A stretch of DNA of 64,000 nucleotides from an uncultured Gemmatimonadales bacterium. GTDB taxonomy: Bacteria > Gemmatimonadota > Gemmatimonadetes > Gemmatimonadales > GWC2-71-9. The stretch spans positions 101,701 through 165,700 of the forward strand of contig CAVSLY010000011.1 of NCBI GenBank assembly GCA_963728705.1, read 5' to 3'. Shown here one piece after another: positions 1-11,507 of the stretch. Positions within the stretch are counted from its first letter, which is position 1. Each line of letters starts with the position of its first letter. A program made the position numbers and the translations under genes. The notes beneath the pieces were generated by a model that was not told the origin of the DNA, made no database searches, and saw nothing but the letters and a program-made list of their open reading frames with translations.

Positions 1-1448
1 GGCGGCTGGCTTCCGAAGGACAGGCGGCGATCGTGGTCACCAAGGAAACGCTCGCCGACAGCGCCAGCTCCTGGGCGCAGGGCGGCATCGCGGTGGCCCT
101 CGGCCCCGGCGACAGCCCCAGCCAGCATGCGGCCGACACCCTGGCCGCCAGTGACGGCCTGGCCGACCCCGAAGCCGTCAGAATCCTCACAAGTGAAGGC
201 CCGGACAGGATTTACGAGCTGCTCGCCCTGGGCGCCCGCTTCGATCGCGGCACCGATGGGCGGCTCCGCTTCGGGCTCGAGGCGGCCCACACGCGTGCCC
301 GGATCATCCATGCCGGCGGCGACCGGACCGGTGCCGCGCTCATCGGCTGCCTGGCGCAGGTGGTCCGCCTGCACCCGCTGATCGAGCTGCTGGAGCACAC
401 CGAGGTCACGAGCCTCCTGGTGCACGAGGAGCGGATCGCCGGCGTAATGGCGCTCCCGCGGGGCGGCGCGCGCTATCCGATCCACGCAGGCGCGGTGGTG
501 CTCGCCACGGGCGGCGTCGGCCAGCTTTACGCCGTCACCACCAATCCGAAGGTGGCCACCGCCGACGGCTGGGCGCTGGCACACCGGACCGGCGCCAAGC
601 TTCGCGACATCGAGTTTCTGCAGTTCCACCCGACCGCGCTCACGCTTCCCGGGGTGAATCCGGCGCCGCTCATCTCGGAGGCGGTACGCGGCGCGGGCGC
701 GTTGCTGGTCGATCGCGAGGGCCGGCGCTTCGCGCTCGACGCCGATCCGCGCGGCGAGCTCGCGCCGCGCGACATCGTGGCCCGGGCGGTGGCCGCGGCC
801 GTGGCCGGAGGCGGCGCCTGGCTCGACGCCCGGTCGATCGCCGACTTCCCCGCGCGCTTCCCCGGCATCACGGCGATGCTGGCTCGCCACGGCCTCGATG
901 CCGCGCGCGATCTCCTGCCGGTGGCCCCGGCACTCCACTACGCCATGGGTGGCATCCAGACCGACCTCGAGGGCCGGGCCAGCCTGCCGGGGCTCTGGGC
1001 GGTAGGCGAGGTCGCCTCGACCGGCGTGCACGGCGCCAACCGGCTCGCCTCCAACTCGCTGCTCGAGGGGCTCGTGTTCGCCGACCGCGCCGGACGCTCG
1101 GTGACCGCCGCGGGGCCCGGCGTAATCCCGGACCCATCGGAGGTGTCGGCGCCGGGCGCCGGTACGCCGGACACGGGCGCCGACGAGGCCTGCGGTGAGA
1201 TCCGGCGCGAGATGCGCGAGCTCATGTCCGCCCACGTGGGCGTGCAGCGCACCGAGTCCTCGCTCCTCCACGCCGAGCAGGCGCTCGACGGGCTCACCCG
1301 CGCGACGCCTCCGGGCGCATGGCGGACCGACAACCAGCTCCTGGTCGCCCGCCTCATCACGGAAGCCGCCCGCCGCCGCCGCGAGAGCCGGGGAGGACAC
1401 CGCCGGCTCGACTATCCACCCGCTGCTCTCAAGCGGGAGACCGCATGA
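1..1448 (+). CDS. nadB: L-aspartate oxidase, 5' end outside the window
   Basis: ORF 33..1448 stays open in frame back to base 3, and no N-terminal FAD GxGxxG is visible, so the start lies upstream. SWAQGGIAVAL, HYAMGGI and RRESRGGH match the NadB/fumarate-reductase flavoprotein family. ATGA overlap with nadA. Confidence 0.85.
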   Translation, partial: RLASEGQAAIVVTKETLADSASSWAQGGIAVALGPGDSPSQHAADTLAASDGLADPEAVRILTSEGPDRIYELLALGARFDRGTDGRLRFGLEAAHTRARIIHAGGDRTGAALIGCLAQVVRLHPLIELLEHTEVTSLLVHEERIAGVMALPRGGARYPIHAGAVVLATGGVGQLYAVTTNPKVATADGWALAHRTGAKLRDIEFLQFHPTALTLPGVNPAPLISEAVRGAGALLVDREGRRFALDADPRGELAPRDIVARAVAAAVAGGGAWLDARSIADFPARFPGITAMLARHGLDAARDLLPVAPALHYAMGGIQTDLEGRASLPGLWAVGEVASTGVHGANRLASNSLLEGLVFADRAGRSVTAAGPGVIPDPSEVSAPGAGTPDTGADEACGEIRREMRELMSAHVGVQRTESSLLHAEQALDGLTRATPPGAWRTDNQLLVARLITEAARRRRESRGGHRRLDYPPAALKRETA

Positions 1449-2464
1449 CGGTATCCCCTTCGCTGCGCTCAGGGCAGCGGCTCCCGGTCATCGAACGGCT
1501 CGACCAGACTCCCGAGGAAATCGCGGCACTCCAGGCCGAGATCCGGGCGCTGGCGAAGCAGCGGAACGCGGTCGTCATCGCCCACAACTACCAGCGGCCC
1601 GAGGTCCAGGACGTTGCCGACTTCGTGGGCGACTCGCTCGGCCTCTCCCGCCAGGCGGCGAAGACGCCGGCCGAGGTCATCATCTTCGCGGGCGTCCACT
1701 TCATGGCGGAGACCGCGGCGATTCTGTCGCCCACGAAGCGGGTGCTGCTTCCCGACCTCAAGGCCGGGTGCTCGCTCGCGGCGACCGTGACCGCCGAGGA
1801 CGTCCGCCGCTGGAAGGCGGAGTTCCCGGACTACATCGCGGTGGGCTACGTCAACACGACCGCCGAGGTGAAGGCGGAGCTCGACTACTGCTGCACCAGC
1901 GGCAACGTGCTCGACGTGATCGACGCCATCCCCGCGGACAAGGGCATCCTCTTCCTCCCCGACTTCTTCCTCGGCGCCCACGTGCGCCGGATGCGGCCGG
2001 ACCGGCGGGTCGAGGTGTGGCTGGGCGAGTGCCACGTGCACAAGGGGATCCGCTCCGAGACGCTCAACGCCGCGCGGGAGCAGTACCCGGACGCCGAGGT
2101 GCTGGTGCATCCGGAGTGCGGCTGCGCGGGCCAGCTCATCTACGAGATGGGCCGGGGCGACATCCGGCCGGAGGGGCTGCACATCGCCTCGACCGAGGGG
2201 ATGATCCGCGCGGTGACCGAGCGGCCGGTCAAGCAGTTCATCGTCGCGACCGAAACCGGCATCATGCACCGGATGCGGCAGCTGGCGCCGGAGAAGGAGT
2301 TCATCGCGGCCGACCCCGAGGCCGAGTGCGCCTTCATGAAGACGATCACGCTCGCGAACGTGCGCGACTCGCTCGCGCTCGACCGCTACCACATCACCGT
2401 CCCTCCCGACATCGCGGCTCGCGCCCGCGGCGCCATCGACCGCATGGTCGCGCTCGGGAAGTGA
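1445..2464 (+). CDS. nadA: quinolinate synthase
   Basis: Internal ATG at 1445 of ORF 1319..2464 (MTVSPSL...) overlaps the nadB stop. VIAHNYQ, HFMAETA and VHPECGC motifs. Sits between nadB and nadC. Confidence 0.9.
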   Translation: MTVSPSLRSGQRLPVIERLDQTPEEIAALQAEIRALAKQRNAVVIAHNYQRPEVQDVADFVGDSLGLSRQAAKTPAEVIIFAGVHFMAETAAILSPTKRVLLPDLKAGCSLAATVTAEDVRRWKAEFPDYIAVGYVNTTAEVKAELDYCCTSGNVLDVIDAIPADKGILFLPDFFLGAHVRRMRPDRRVEVWLGECHVHKGIRSETLNAAREQYPDAEVLVHPECGCAGQLIYEMGRGDIRPEGLHIASTEGMIRAVTERPVKQFIVATETGIMHRMRQLAPEKEFIAADPEAECAFMKTITLANVRDSLALDRYHITVPPDIAARARGAIDRMVALGK

Positions 2465-3304
2465 GCGACGACGCGGCACGGATCGCCGCCGCCGCGCTCG
2501 CCGAGGACGGCCCGACCGACGTCACTACGGCCGTCACCGTTCCGCTCGGCCTCCAGGCTCAGGGCAGCATCGAGTATCGGAGCGCCGGCGTGCTGGCCGG
2601 CGCGGCCTACGCCGACGCCGTGGCACGCGCCTGCGAGTGCCGGATCGACTGGCGGTCGCCCGACGGGCGCGCGGTCCGGGCCGGCGCCGTGGTCGGAGTG
2701 CTGAACGGTGAGCTCGCGCGCATCCTCCGGGCCGAGCGGCCGATGCTCAACCTGCTGCAGCGCGCGTCGGGGATCGCGACCGCCACCCGCGCCTACGTCG
2801 ACGCCGTCGCCGGCACCGGCTGCCGGGTTCTTCATACCCGGAAGACCGCACCGGGCCTTCGCGCGCTCGACATCGCCGCGGTGCTGGCCGGCGGGGGCGT
2901 CCGGCACCGGGAAGACCTGAGCCACGAGCTGATGGTGAAGGACAACCACTGGCAGGCGGCCCTCCGGAGCGGCCGAACCCTGGCCGACGCGCTCGACGAG
3001 GCGCGGCGGCGCGGCGTGACGGCGCTCTACGTGGAAGTGGAGTCCCAGGAGCAGCTCGAGCAGGCCTGTGCCGCCGGCGCGACCCGGCTGCTGGTCGACA
3101 ACCAGACGCCGGAGGCGCGTTCAGCGATGGGGCGTCCGCGCCCGGGCGATGCGGCCGGGGATCGAGATCGAGGCGACGGGGGGGATCACGCTCGAGAACG
3201 TGCGGGCGTACGCGGAGGCGGGGGTGGACTTCGTCTCGATCGGGGCGCTGACGCACAGCGTGCGGGCGGCGGATCTGGCGCTCGAGGTGCAGGTGGTGAG
3301 CTAG
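2461..3304 (+). pseudogene. nadC: quinolinate phosphoribosyltransferase with one apparent frameshift
   Basis: GTG 2461 overlaps the nadA stop (GTGA). The N-terminal part is read in the frame of ORF 1195..3441 (...HTRKTAPGLR..MVKDNH..LLVDNQTPEA). The C-terminal part is read in ORF 3068..3304 (IEIEATGGITLENV..SIGALTHS). The frame switches near 3115-3122. Confidence 0.8.
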
Positions 3305-3335
3305 CCTCGGGCATCACATTTATTCGCCGCTCCGT

Positions 3336-3442
3336 TTCACTACAAAGGCACAGCGCACACAGAGACTCACGGAGGAAGACGACCACACTCAGTTGTTGTT
3401 CTCCGTTGCCTTTCTCCGTGCCCTCTGTGCCTCTGTGGTGAA
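3336..3442. repeat. long imperfect inverted repeat (REP/terminator-like) between convergent genes
   Basis: Left arm TTCACTACAAAGGCACAGCGCAC...GGAGGAAGAC. Right arm reverse complement TTCACCACAGAGGCACAGAGGGCACGGAGAAAGGCAAC. Lies between the nadC stop (3304) and the permease stop (3488). Confidence 0.55.
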
Positions 3443-3487
3443 CAGCCGCACGATCTCAACCGCCCACGGAGCCCTCAGCGCTCGAAC

Positions 3488-4846
3488 TCAGTCGACCACC
3501 GCCACGACCTCGCCCCGCCCACTCCACGCCCGCCAACCGTAGTACACCGGAATCCCCGTCAGAATGATCGCAAACGTGATCCCGGTGTTGATCGGATCGG
3601 TCCAGAGCGCGTTTACCACCATCGCCACCGACGCCAGCAGGAAGAGGATCGGCACGACGGGGTAGCCCCAGGTGCGGTAGGGGCGCGGCATGTCGGGGCG
3701 GGTGCGGCGCAGCACGAAGACCGCGGCCACCGCCAGCGCGTAGAATGGCCAGATGCCCAGGATGAACTTGTCGGCGAGCTGCTGGAAGTCGTTGAACAGC
3801 ACGTAGAGGACACCCAGCGTCGTGGCCAGCCAGATGGCCACCGAGGGGCTCTGGAACCGGGGCGAGACCCGCGCGATGGCACGGAAGAAGAGGCCCCGGT
3901 CGGCCATGGCGAAGAAGATCCTGGGTCCCGTCATCATCGACCCGGTGAGGGCCCCGAAGCACGACAGCATCACGACGGCCGACACCACCGCTCCGCCCTT
4001 GCCTGCGAACAGCGGGATCCGGTCCGCCGCCGTGGCGGCGATCAGCCGGGCGCCGGCCATCTCCGGCAACGGCACCAAGTAGATATAGGCGACATTGAGC
4101 AGCAGATAGACGAGCACGATCGCCGACGTGCCGAGAATGAGCGCCAGCGGCAGCGTCCGCCCGGGGTTCTTCACCTCGCCACCCATGAACGACAGGTCGG
4201 CCCAGCCGTCGTACGTCCACATGATCGTGATCAGCGCGGTCCCCATAAGCGACAGCTCGAGCCCGCCCTGCCAGGCCGGCGTGAAGTGGGAGGCTCCGGT
4301 GCTGTCGGCCGTGAACGCGAGCAGCGCCAGGGCGGCCAGCGCGCCGAACTTGGCGATCGTCGTCAGGTTCATCACCACCGCGGCGCTGCTCACGCCCACG
4401 TAGTTGAGCGCGCCCATGGCGAAGATGGCCACCGCGGCCACCCAGCGCACCTGCGCCGGCTCGAGATGGATGAAGTAGCCGAGGTACTCGGCGAAGATCG
4501 TAGCGATGGCGCCGAGGGCGGATGCCCGGATGACGGTGAGCTCGGACCAGCCGAACAGGAACGCCGGAAGCGGGCCGAAGCCTTCGAGGATGTAGGCGAA
4601 CACGCCGCCCGACCTCGGCATCGCCGCTGCCAGCTCGGCGTAGGTGAGGGCGCCGAACAGCGCGACCAGCCCGCCGATGACCCAGGCGAGCAGCACTGGT
4701 CCCGGCTCGTGCAGCTTCTCCGCGACGCCGGCCGGCACGCGGAAGATGCCGCTCCCGATCGTCGACCCCACGAGCACCGCGACGGCGCTGCCGAGGCCGA
4801 GGTGTCTGGGGAGCCGTTCACCCCATGCATCGCGTTGGACGGACAT
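3488..4846 (-). CDS. APC-family amino acid permease
   Basis: Intact 452-aa ORF with about 12 hydrophobic segments and the N-terminal GSTIGSGIF motif typical of the amino acid/polyamine/organocation family. Confidence 0.8.
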   Translation of the reverse strand: MSVQRDAWGERLPRHLGLGSAVAVLVGSTIGSGIFRVPAGVAEKLHEPGPVLLAWVIGGLVALFGALTYAELAAAMPRSGGVFAYILEGFGPLPAFLFGWSELTVIRASALGAIATIFAEYLGYFIHLEPAQVRWVAAVAIFAMGALNYVGVSSAAVVMNLTTIAKFGALAALALLAFTADSTGASHFTPAWQGGLELSLMGTALITIMWTYDGWADLSFMGGEVKNPGRTLPLALILGTSAIVLVYLLLNVAYIYLVPLPEMAGARLIAATAADRIPLFAGKGGAVVSAVVMLSCFGALTGSMMTGPRIFFAMADRGLFFRAIARVSPRFQSPSVAIWLATTLGVLYVLFNDFQQLADKFILGIWPFYALAVAAVFVLRRTRPDMPRPYRTWGYPVVPILFLLASVAMVVNALWTDPINTGITFAIILTGIPVYYGWRAWSGRGEVVAVVD

Positions 4847-4857
4847 GGGCTAAATAT

Positions 4858-4872
4858 AGCCTTGACAAGGCT
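4858..4872. promoter_or_regulatory. perfect 15-bp palindrome in a divergent promoter region
   Basis: AGCCTTGACAAGGCT (7-bp arms, 1-nt centre) in the 53-nt gap between the permease start (4846) and the ctaA start (4900). Contains TTGACA. Confidence 0.4.
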
Positions 4873-4899
4873 CTGCCAGACACGTTCTTTCCCGGCGAT

Positions 4900-5855
4900 A
4901 TGACGCCATCGACCCCCGACCAGGCGCGCCTGCTGCGCCGGCTCGCCTGGACCGGCAGCGCCCTGGCCCTGGGCCTGATCGTGCTCGGAGGGGTCGTCCG
5001 GATCACCGGCTCCGGCATGGGCTGCGGGGATCACTGGCCCCGCTGCAACGGCGAGTGGTTCCCGCCGCTCGACCTCCCGACCCTGATCGAGATCGGACAC
5101 CGCTGGGCGGCGGCGCTGGTCAGCCTGCTGGTCTTCGCCGTGGCGCTGGTGGCCTGGCGGCGGCATCGGAACGAGCCGGCGCTCCGGAATCCCGCCCTGC
5201 TGGCGGCGGTGCTCCTGGTGGTCCAGGTGCTGCTGGGCGCGGTCACCGTCAAGCTGGCGCTGCCTCCCTGGGTGATCATCACCCATCTCGCCAACGCCAT
5301 GCTCCTGCTGGCCGCGCTGATGGTGGTGGCGCTCCGGGCCGGGGCGCCCGAAGGTCCGCTCTAGGCCCAGGCTCGAGGCGCGGCACGCCGCCCACAGGCT
5401 GGTCGCTGGCCACCGCCGGCGCTCGGCTTCGTGGTGATCCTGTTCGGCGCGCAGGTCGCCAACTTCCACGCGGGCCTCCTCTGCCTCGGCTTCCCGCTCT
5501 GCGACGGCGGCGCTGCTGCCGCCGGCCTCGTCCCTCGGCCGCGCTGCACTGGGCGCACCGGGTGCTCGCCTTCGCCTTCCTCGGCCTGGCGCTCGTGATG
5601 GTGAGTCGGGTGAGCCGGCGGGCCGACGCGGCCGGGCAGCCGCTCCGGCGGGCGGCGGCCGCTGGTGCTCGCCGCCACCGTGGCACAGATCGCGGTGGCG
5701 GCGGCGATGGTGCTCCACCTGCTGCCGCCGGCGCTCCGCGCGCTGCACCTGCTGGTGGGCACGCTGGTCTGGGCGGCGCTGGTCCTGCTGGTGTTCCACT
5801 CCGGCCGGACGCCCGCCGCCGAGCCCGAGGCCGTCGAGGCGGAGCCCGGCGCCGC
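4900..5855 (+). pseudogene. ctaA: heme A synthase (COX15/CtaA), at least 3 apparent frameshifts, 3' boundary uncertain
   Basis: ATG 4900 (MTPSTPDQ...). VVRITGSGMGCGDHWPRCNGEWFP, and a second half with GLLCLGFPLCDG and HWAHRVLAF. Must be read across ORFs 4825..5364, 5055..5891 and 5665..6507. Confidence 0.75.
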
Positions 5856-5860
5856 GGCGC

Positions 5861-6756
<896 letters not shown>

Positions 6757-6782
6757 TCATTCTCGGCCGGCCCGGGGAACAG

Positions 6783-8636
6783 ATGGCCATTGCCGCGCGG
6801 CGGCGCACGTGCACCAGTGAGCCGCGCCGCATCCTCCTCGCCGCCGCGGACCGCGCTGCGTCCGCGCTGCTCGGCCGCCGCCGGTCCGACCCGTATCGGC
6901 CATACGCTGGCTGCTCGGCGCGACCGTCGCGCTGGTGCTGAGCAGCATGGCCAGCCTCGCCTTCCCGATGGTCGTCCGCTACCTCCTCGACGCCGCGTTC
7001 GTGGGCCGCGACCGCGCGCTGCTCGACCGCATCGCGCTCGGCCTGGTGGCGCTGTTCTCCGTGCAGGCGGTGCTCAACTACATCCAGGCCTACCTGCTGA
7101 GCGCGGCCGGCGAGCAGGCGGTGGCCGGGCTCCGGCGCGAGCTCTTCGCGCCGCCTGCTGGAGATGCCGCCCGGCTTCTTCGCCGAGCGCCGCACGGGCG
7201 AGCTCACCAGCCGGCTGACCGTCGACATCGGCGCTGCTGCAGAGCGTGCTGAGCCACCAGATCTCGGAGTTCTGCCCGCCAGGTGCTGGCGCTCGTGGGC
7301 GGCATCGTGCTGCTCACCTGGCTCCAGCCCCGGCTCACGCTGACCGCGCTGCTGGTGGCGCCGGTCGTGGTCGGCACGGCCATCGTCTTCGGGCGCCGGC
7401 TCCGGCGGATCACCACCGGGGTGCAGGACCGGGTCGCCGAGGCGAGCGCGGTGGCGGAGGAGGCGTTCTCGCAGATCCGCACGGTGCAGAGCTTCGTGCA
7501 GGAGCCCGCCGAGCGGGCCCGGTACGGCGAGCGGATCGCGGCGAGCGTCCGGACTGGCGCTCAAGCGCGCCCAGGTGCGGGGCGTGTTCTTCGGCATGCT
7601 CACCTTCTCGACCTTCGCCGGCGATCGTGTTCGTGCTCTGGCAGGGCGGTCTGCTGGTGCTCGACGGCAGGCTCACCGCCGGGCGCGCTGGTCAGGTTCC
7701 TGCTCTACACGATCACGATCGCGGCGTCGATCGGCGCGCTGGCCACGTCGTTCACCACCTACCAGGAGGCGGTGGGCGCCGCGGAGCGGGTGTTCGAGAT
7801 CCTCGAGATGACCCCGGCGATCGCGGATCCCCCGTCGCCCGCGCCGCTGGCGAGCGCCGGTCCGGGGCCAGGTGGCGTTCGAAGGCGTGAGCTTCCGCTA
7901 CCAGGCCGATCCTTCGCTGCCGTGGACGCTGGACGACGTAACCTCGCCGTCGCGCCGGGCGAGATCGTGGCGCTGGTGGGCCCGTCGGGCGGCGGCAAGA
8001 CCACGCTGGTCTCGCTGCTGCCGCGGTTCTGGGACGTGGACCAGGGCCGGATCACGCTCGACGGCATCGACACCCGCGCGCTCCGGCTGGCCGACCTGCG
8101 CGGCGCCATCGGCATCGTGCCGCAGGAGCCGGCGCTCTTCAGCGGGACGATCCGGGAGAACATCGCCTACGCCCGGCCCGAGCGCCACGGAGGCCGACGT
8201 GCTGGCGGCGGCGCGGGCGGCGCACGCGCACGAGTTCGTCGAGCGGCTGCCGCTGGGGTACGAGACGCTGGTCGGCGAGCGCGGGGTCAAGCTGTGCGGC
8301 GGCCAGCGGCAGCGCGTGGCGATCGCGCGCGCGATCCTCAAGGATCCGGCGGTGCTCATCCTCGACGAGGCCACCAGCAGCCTGGACAACGAGAGCGAGC
8401 GGCTGATCGAGGACGCGCTCTCGAAGCTGCTGGTGGGGCGGACGACGCTCATCATCGCGCACCGGCTGAGCACGGTGCAGCGGGCGGACCGGCTGCTGGT
8501 GCTCGATCACGGGCGGATCGTGGAGGAAGGGACGCACGGGGAGCTGTTGGGGCTCGGCGGGCTGTATGCGCGGCTGTATCAGCGGCAGTTCAGGGAGGAT
8601 GCGCCGGCGGCTGGGGAGGGGCTGGTGTTGAGATAG
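6783..8636 (+). pseudogene. MsbA-like ABC exporter (fused permease-ATPase), about 10 apparent frameshifts
   Basis: TMD then NBD recovered by switching among ORFs 6489.., 6935.., 7246.., 7283.., 7575.. and 7872... Walker [10 protein letters not shown], signature [13 protein letters not shown], Walker [11 protein letters not shown]-loop IIAHRLS. Switches near 6900, 7150, 7230, 7275, 7555, 7622, 7685, 7862, 7940 and 8182. Confidence 0.8.
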
Positions 8637-8776
8637 CACAGGCTGGGAATGCGCCCACCGCCCCTGTTTGCCGGCGCACTGAGGCGCGTTGCCCTCAGTC
8701 TCCGCGGCGGCGTCGGATCCCACGATGACGAAGGGCCGCTCGAAGCGGCCCTTCCCTCGGCCAGCCGGCACCTGCG

Positions 8777-8815
8777 AAAAGCCCCCGCTCGCCTGAGCGG
8801 GGGCCTCTTTTCGTT
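8777..8815. terminator. bidirectional Rho-independent terminator
   Basis: AAAA-GCCCCCGCTC-gcct-GAGCGGGGGC-CTCTTTTCGTT between convergent genes (stops at 8636 and 8830). A second 10-bp hairpin lies at 8730..8754. Confidence 0.6.
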
Positions 8816-8829
8816 CTGGATAAACCAGC

Positions 8830-9942
8830 CTACGGCGTCGTGATCGCGAGCGAGATCCAGTCGGGTGCGGGATCGGGCGGATCGTAGAACGGCCCGAAGT
8901 TCACGACACCCAGAAGGTAATCGCCCGCAACCAGCGTGAGCGTGCAGTGCTCCTCTCCTCCATCCTCCGCATTCCCGAGGTCGTCACAGAGTTGATCGGG
9001 AATATCTTGCGTGCCGTCGGCGTTAAGGATGTACACGCCGAGGTCGGTCGTGTTGTTCCAGGCCAGTGTCACGTCTAAATCACCGTCCGCCGGCATCGTG
9101 AACTTGTACAACTGGCAAGGCACGCCCGAGTTTCCACCGCACACTGCCGCCCCGAACCCGGAACCGTCATAGAACGCGGTCGTGCCACCCGAAGCAGGTA
9201 TCTCGATCACCGGGGCGGTCGCCGGGTCGTCGGTGCCGGGCTGCGGCGGAACCGAGGCCGAAATGGTGAGCGGCACGTCCGTGCTGTCGCTGAGCGGTGC
9301 CTGCGGCAGGTAGGGAAGGGCCAGCCCGGTGATGATGCCCCTGCTCGTGGCCCCCGGTGGCGGGAAGATCGTGATCTGCTTGCCGTCATCCGAAATGCCG
9401 AGGACGATCGCCGCGCCGGCATCGAACGTGACGGTCGTGCCCTCGGCGAAGATGTAGGGGTCCGGGGCGGTGATGACCGTCTCGTCGCTGGCACTCGGCC
9501 CGGTCGACGTGACCGTGGCGACCGGAATGTTGGCCGGATCGGCGGACACCAGCACAGGGATCGTGACCTGTTGCCCGGCGGCGCTCACGACGAAGCTCGT
9601 GGACACCAGATCCGTTCCCGTCACAATGAACTGAAATGTAGGCGCCGTGGGTGGCACCGTCAGCGAGTCGCCGACGAATTGCTCGAAGAACGTCGAATCC
9701 CGCTTCACGCTGATTCCCGACCCGACCGCCGAGACCTCGTACGCGGAGGGGATGACGTTACCCTGGTCGTCCACGGCGCTGACCTGGATCGTCTTGACCT
9801 TCCCCTGGGTCACATTGAGCGTCGACGGTGTCGCCTGGATCCTCGTGACGGGGCCGCGCAGGTCCTCGGTCGGGTCGTTGTTGCACCCGCTCACGACCAG
9901 GAGAGCGATCAGTGAAACCGTACCAGATGTCAAGCGATTCAT
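8830..9942 (-). CDS. lipoprotein with N-terminal bacterial Ig-like (Big_2-type) and C-terminal PPC-like domains
   Basis: ATG 9942 gives MNRLTSGTVSLIALLVVSGC (lipobox). IQATPSTLNVTQGKVKTIQVSAVDDQGNVIP is Big_2-like. The C-terminal YKFTMPADGDLDVTLAWNN..LTLVAGDYLLGVVNF resembles a pre-peptidase C-terminal domain. Confidence 0.6.
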   Translation of the reverse strand: MNRLTSGTVSLIALLVVSGCNNDPTEDLRGPVTRIQATPSTLNVTQGKVKTIQVSAVDDQGNVIPSAYEVSAVGSGISVKRDSTFFEQFVGDSLTVPPTAPTFQFIVTGTDLVSTSFVVSAAGQQVTIPVLVSADPANIPVATVTSTGPSASDETVITAPDPYIFAEGTTVTFDAGAAIVLGISDDGKQITIFPPPGATSRGIITGLALPYLPQAPLSDSTDVPLTISASVPPQPGTDDPATAPVIEIPASGGTTAFYDGSGFGAAVCGGNSGVPCQLYKFTMPADGDLDVTLAWNNTTDLGVYILNADGTQDIPDQLCDDLGNAEDGGEEHCTLTLVAGDYLLGVVNFGPFYDPPDPAPDWISLAITTP

Positions 9943-9995
9943 ACCTCGCACCTCGTTCAATGGGCCTGTAGAGACAGCGGCATCCCCTGTACCTG

Positions 9996-11450
9996 TCATG
10001 GACTCCGGTCCTGGAGCAGATCCCCCCTGCGGAGCAGGTCGACCCCCACGAACCGGCTGATGTCGAGCACGGCGTCTTCCTTCCGCAGCAATTCCGCCCA
10101 GTTGGGCAAGTTCGTCTCGCGCACGTCGTTCGAGGTCACGAGCTGGTAGATCCCCAGGCCGCTGGTGCGATCGACGAAGACGTAGTACCGGTTCTTTCCG
10201 CGCGTGTAGTGCCACACCTCGTACGGGGGGGACCGGCCGGCCTGGGGCCGTTGCAGCACTTCATCCGGGGCCCCGGCCCGAACGTAGATCCGGCCCCGAT
10301 CGGTCTTCCATCCCGGCCTCGAGGCACGGCCCTTTTCCCCGTAGTTCTTCTCGACGAGCGCGATCGCATCGTAAAACTGCTGCCGGGCTTCGTTTGCCAC
10401 GGGGCCGGGTGTCGGGTCCAGCTTGGCCCAGAACTCGGCGAGGAAGCGCCGCTTGGCACGGACGCTCAGCCCCTTGTAGGGCCTGAGCTCGCCCGATTTC
10501 GCGATCAGCGTGAGGGGCGCCTCGGCCGCGTCCAGCTGCGCTTCGTTCATGTCCTCGAAGTAGCCGGCGTCGGTGCCCTTCGCCGCCTCTTTGCGGGCAA
10601 CAGCGCTTTCCAGGGTCTGATCGAGCCCTGCCATCGTGAACCCGGCGGATCGCTCGACCGCGGTTCCGGCGAGCGCCAGCGCGGCGGTCATGGTGTACCG
10701 ACCCGCCGGAAGCCCGGTCAGGTCGAGCTGACCTTTCAATACACCGCCCCCGGCCGGCACCTGGACCTTCGTCGCGGGAGTGGTCGTGAGCACCTTCCCC
10801 GCGGAATCCACCACCTTCAGCACCAGAGTCCCTTCCGACTGCTGGGGCGCGTACGCCTCGAGCAGGTAGAACACCATCGGACGGAGCGGTGTCAGCTCGA
10901 GCCGGGCGGCGGCGGTGACGAGCATCCGCCCCCATCGAAGCTCCGCCGGCTGGGGAACCGTGTCTTCCTCCGTGACCGGCCGGATCTTCGGCGACAGCAA
11001 TAGGTCCGACGCCGGCGGGATCGAGGTGAACCCCTCGAGGGGGACCGTGGAGGTGACCTTCCGCCCGGAGACCGAGTCCTCGACCCCCACCTCGAGCGTG
11101 TAGCGACCGGGGGCCAGTGAGAACCGCACGGTCTCGACGCCGAACGCAGACGGCTGGCGCAGCGCCTCGTCCGCGTGATTCTGCCAGGACTGTTGCAGCA
11201 GGGTGAGGCCCGTGGAATCGGTCACCTTGACCGCGACCCGGTAACTCATCCTGCCGCCACCACCCTCGGATGCGGGCTCCAGGATCATGTAGGGCACCTG
11301 GAGAAAGGCGGTCACTTCGGTCCGCTGCTGCTCCGCCCGGTACGAACGAACCGCGCGAAGCACCAGGGGTGATTCCGGCGGCGCCGGCCGCTGCTGCGCC
11401 TGCGCCAGGACTGCCACGACCGCGAGGATCGCCCATCGCACTGCAAGCAT
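9996..11450 (-). CDS. GWxTD domain-containing secreted protein
   Basis: Intact 484-aa ORF with a signal peptide (MLAVRWAILAVVAVLAQAQ). C-terminal GWKTDRGRIYVRAGAPDEV...PPYEVWHY matches the GWxTD domain pattern. Confidence 0.7.
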   Translation of the reverse strand: MLAVRWAILAVVAVLAQAQQRPAPPESPLVLRAVRSYRAEQQRTEVTAFLQVPYMILEPASEGGGGRMSYRVAVKVTDSTGLTLLQQSWQNHADEALRQPSAFGVETVRFSLAPGRYTLEVGVEDSVSGRKVTSTVPLEGFTSIPPASDLLLSPKIRPVTEEDTVPQPAELRWGRMLVTAAARLELTPLRPMVFYLLEAYAPQQSEGTLVLKVVDSAGKVLTTTPATKVQVPAGGGVLKGQLDLTGLPAGRYTMTAALALAGTAVERSAGFTMAGLDQTLESAVARKEAAKGTDAGYFEDMNEAQLDAAEAPLTLIAKSGELRPYKGLSVRAKRRFLAEFWAKLDPTPGPVANEARQQFYDAIALVEKNYGEKGRASRPGWKTDRGRIYVRAGAPDEVLQRPQAGRSPPYEVWHYTRGKNRYYVFVDRTSGLGIYQLVTSNDVRETNLPNWAELLRKEDAVLDISRFVGVDLLRRGDLLQDRSP

Positions 11451-11507
11451 ATGTCAGCTACACCAAGGCTGGGGGGCCGCTGATCGCGGCCCAGGAATTA
11501 CGCCCGC

